Part shown: positions 61,860 through 64,000 of the stretch, in pieces | How the letters are laid out: the number at the start of each line of letters is the position of its first letter | Numbering within the stretch: the stretch's first letter is position 1 | NCBI RefSeq assembly: GCF_009914755.1 | Contig: NC_060925.1 | Strand: one strand, 5' to 3' | Length of the DNA stretch: 64,000 nucleotides | Source of the DNA: the human T2T-CHM13v2.0 reference genome, Homo sapiens | Notes under the pieces: model-generated | What the model was told of the DNA's origin: nothing | Database searches by the model: none | Seen by the model: the letters and a program-made list of their open reading frames with translations, nothing else | Position numbers and translations under genes: made by a program

Positions 61860-64000
61860 CTTGACCTTTTCTGTAAGAGGGAAGGCAAATGGAGTGAAAT
61901 ACCTTATGTCCAAGCTTTCTTTTCATTGAAGGAGAATCCACAACTATTCAAAGCTTCTAATTTACATCCCACAAGAGGACCTCTCAGCTTACCCCCATAT
62001 CCTAGCCTCCCTATAACTCCCCTTCCTATTAATGATAAGCCTCCTCTATTATCCCTGCCTAGAAGGAAACAAGGAAAGAAATCTCCAAGGGACCACAAAA
62101 ACCCCCGGGCTATGGGTTATGTCCCCTTTAAGCTGTAGGGGGAGGGGAATTTGGCCCAACCTGGGTACATGTCCCCTTCTCCCTCTGATTTAAAGCAGAT
62201 CAAGGCACACCTGGGGAAGTTTTCAGATGATCCTGATAGGTATATAGATGTCCTACAGGGTCTAGGGCAAATCTTTGATCTCACTTGGAGAGATGTCATG
62301 CTATTAGATCAAACCCTGGCCTTTAATGAAAAGAATGTGGCTTTAGCTGCAGCCTGAGAGTTTGGAGATACCTGGTATCTTAGTCAAGAAAATGATAGAA
62401 TAACAGCTGAATAAAGGGACAAGTTCTCTACCAGTCAGCAAGCCATCCCCAGTATGGATCCTCACTGGGACCTAGACTCAGATCATGGGAACTGGAGTCA
62501 CAAACATCTGTTGATCTGTGTTCTAGAAGGACTAAGGAGAATTAGGAAAAAGCCCATGAATTATTCAATGATGTCCACCATAACTCAGGGAAAAGAAGAA
62601 AATCCTGACTTCCTCGAGAGGCTACAGGGGACCCTAAGAAAATATACTCCCCTGTCACCTGACTCCTTCAAGGATCAATTGATCCTAAAAGATAAGTTTA
62701 TTACCCAATCAGCCACAGACATCGGGAGAAAGCCCAAAAGCGAGCCCTGAGCCCTAAACAAAATCTGGAGGCATTATTAAACCTGGCAACCTTAGTGTTC
62801 TATAATCAGGACCAAGAGGAACAGGCTGAAAAGGAAAAGTGAAATCAGAGAAAGGCCACAGCCTTAGTCATGGCCCTCAGAAAAACAAACCTTGGTGGTT
62901 CAGACAGGACAGAGAATGGAGCAGGCCAATCACCCAGTAGGGCTTGTTATCAGTGTGGTTTGCAAGGATATTTTAAAAAAGATTGTCCAATGAGAAACAA
63001 GCCGCCCCCTCGCCCATGTCCATTATGCCTATGCAATCATTGCCCCAGAGGACAAAGGTTCTCTGTGTCAGAAATCCCCAACCAGATGATGCAACAACAG
63101 GATTGAGGGTGCCCAGGGCAAGCGCCAGCTCATGTCATCACCCTCACTGAGCCCCGGGTACATTTAACTATTGAGTGCCACGAAATTAACTTCCTCCTGG
63201 ACACTGGTGCATCTTTCTCAGTGTTAATCTCCTGTCCCAGACAGCTGTCCTCAAGGTCCGTTACCATCTGAGGAATCCTGGGACAGCCAGTAAACAGGTA
63301 CTTCTCCCACCTCCTCAGTTCTAACTGGGAGACTTTGCTACAGATGGTAAGTATGCTTATCTAATCCTACATGCCTATGCTGCAATATGGAAAGAAAGGG
63401 AGTTCCTAACCTCTGGGGAAGCCCCATTAAATACCACAAGGAAATCATGGAGTTATTGCATGCAGTGCAAAAACCCAAGGAGGTGGCAGTCTTACACTGC
63501 TGAAGCCATCAAAAAGGGGAAGGAGAGGGGAGAGCAGCAGCATAAGCAGCTGGCAGAGGCAGGCAAAGACCAGCAGAAATGAAAGAGAGAAAGAGACAGA
63601 AAGTCAGAGAGAGAGAGAGAGAGAGGAGGAGACAGAGACAAAGAGGGAGTCAGAGAGAGAGAGAAAGAGAGAGATAGAAAGCCAAAGAGAGAGAGGAAGA
63701 GACAAAGAGGGAGTCAGAAAGAGAGAAAGAGAGAGACAAAGAAGAAGTCAAAGAGAAAGAGAGATGGAAGTAGTAAAGAAAAAACAGTGTATGCTATTCC
63801 TTTAAAAGCCAGGGTAAATTTTAAACCTATAATTGATAATTGAAGGTCTTCTCCATAACCCTATAACACTCCTAACCACCGTGTTGTCAGTGTAAACAAG
63901 GGTGTAGCCCAAAAACACTGAGGCCACTGACAACCCATAGCCTTCCTATCAAAACCGTAGCCTTCCTATCAAAAATCCTTAACCCAGCAGGTTTCCTAAC
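61860..64000 (+). mobile_element. HERV9 internal region (gag, pro, RNase H remnants) with large deletions; runs off the window
   Basis: gag LDLFCKREGKWSEIPYVQAFF, LGKFSDDPDRYIDVLQGLGQ, QGKEENP, knuckle CYQCGLQGYFKKDC; pro FLLDTGASFSVL; RNase H TDGKYAYLILHA. Confidence 0.92.
63585..63770. repeat. GA-rich low-complexity tract inside HERV9
   Basis: Direct reading of (GA)n/(GAAA)n units. Confidence 0.9.

Overview
Primate (human-like) genomic DNA: AT-rich, CpG-depleted and made mostly of interspersed repeats. I find no intact cellular protein-coding gene, RNA gene or CRISPR array. The one recognisable host-gene sequence is an intronless, 5'-truncated, frameshifted retrocopy of mitochondrial translation initiation factor 2 (MTIF2) at ~53.7-55.3 kb, probably the annotated MTIF2P1 or a duplicate of it. 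The left third (1-27 kb) is old unique DNA with Alus, MER6, MER2, MER97/MER91A, MaLR/ERVL LTRs, L1M/L2/MIR relics and a complete THE1 element. From ~27 kb on it is nested retroelements: a decayed ERVL-type provirus split by a full-length L1PA4-like element, an ERV1-type provirus with a duplicated LTR-end/PBS, a stack of L1s holding the MTIF2 retrocopy, and an internally deleted LTR12/HERV9 running off the right edge. Almost all ORF-track entries are repeat-derived. I did not find a new biological system. The most notable observations are structural: a probable L1-insertion-associated deletion that removed the start of the MTIF2 retrocopy, two candidate L1 3' transductions, a ~200 bp micro-inversion, a young 45-bp triplication over a dead RT active site, and an in-frame LTR12-U5/gag fusion ORF behind intact LTR12 promoter motifs. 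Subfamily names come from recalled consensus sequences and need RepeatMasker/Dfam confirmation.
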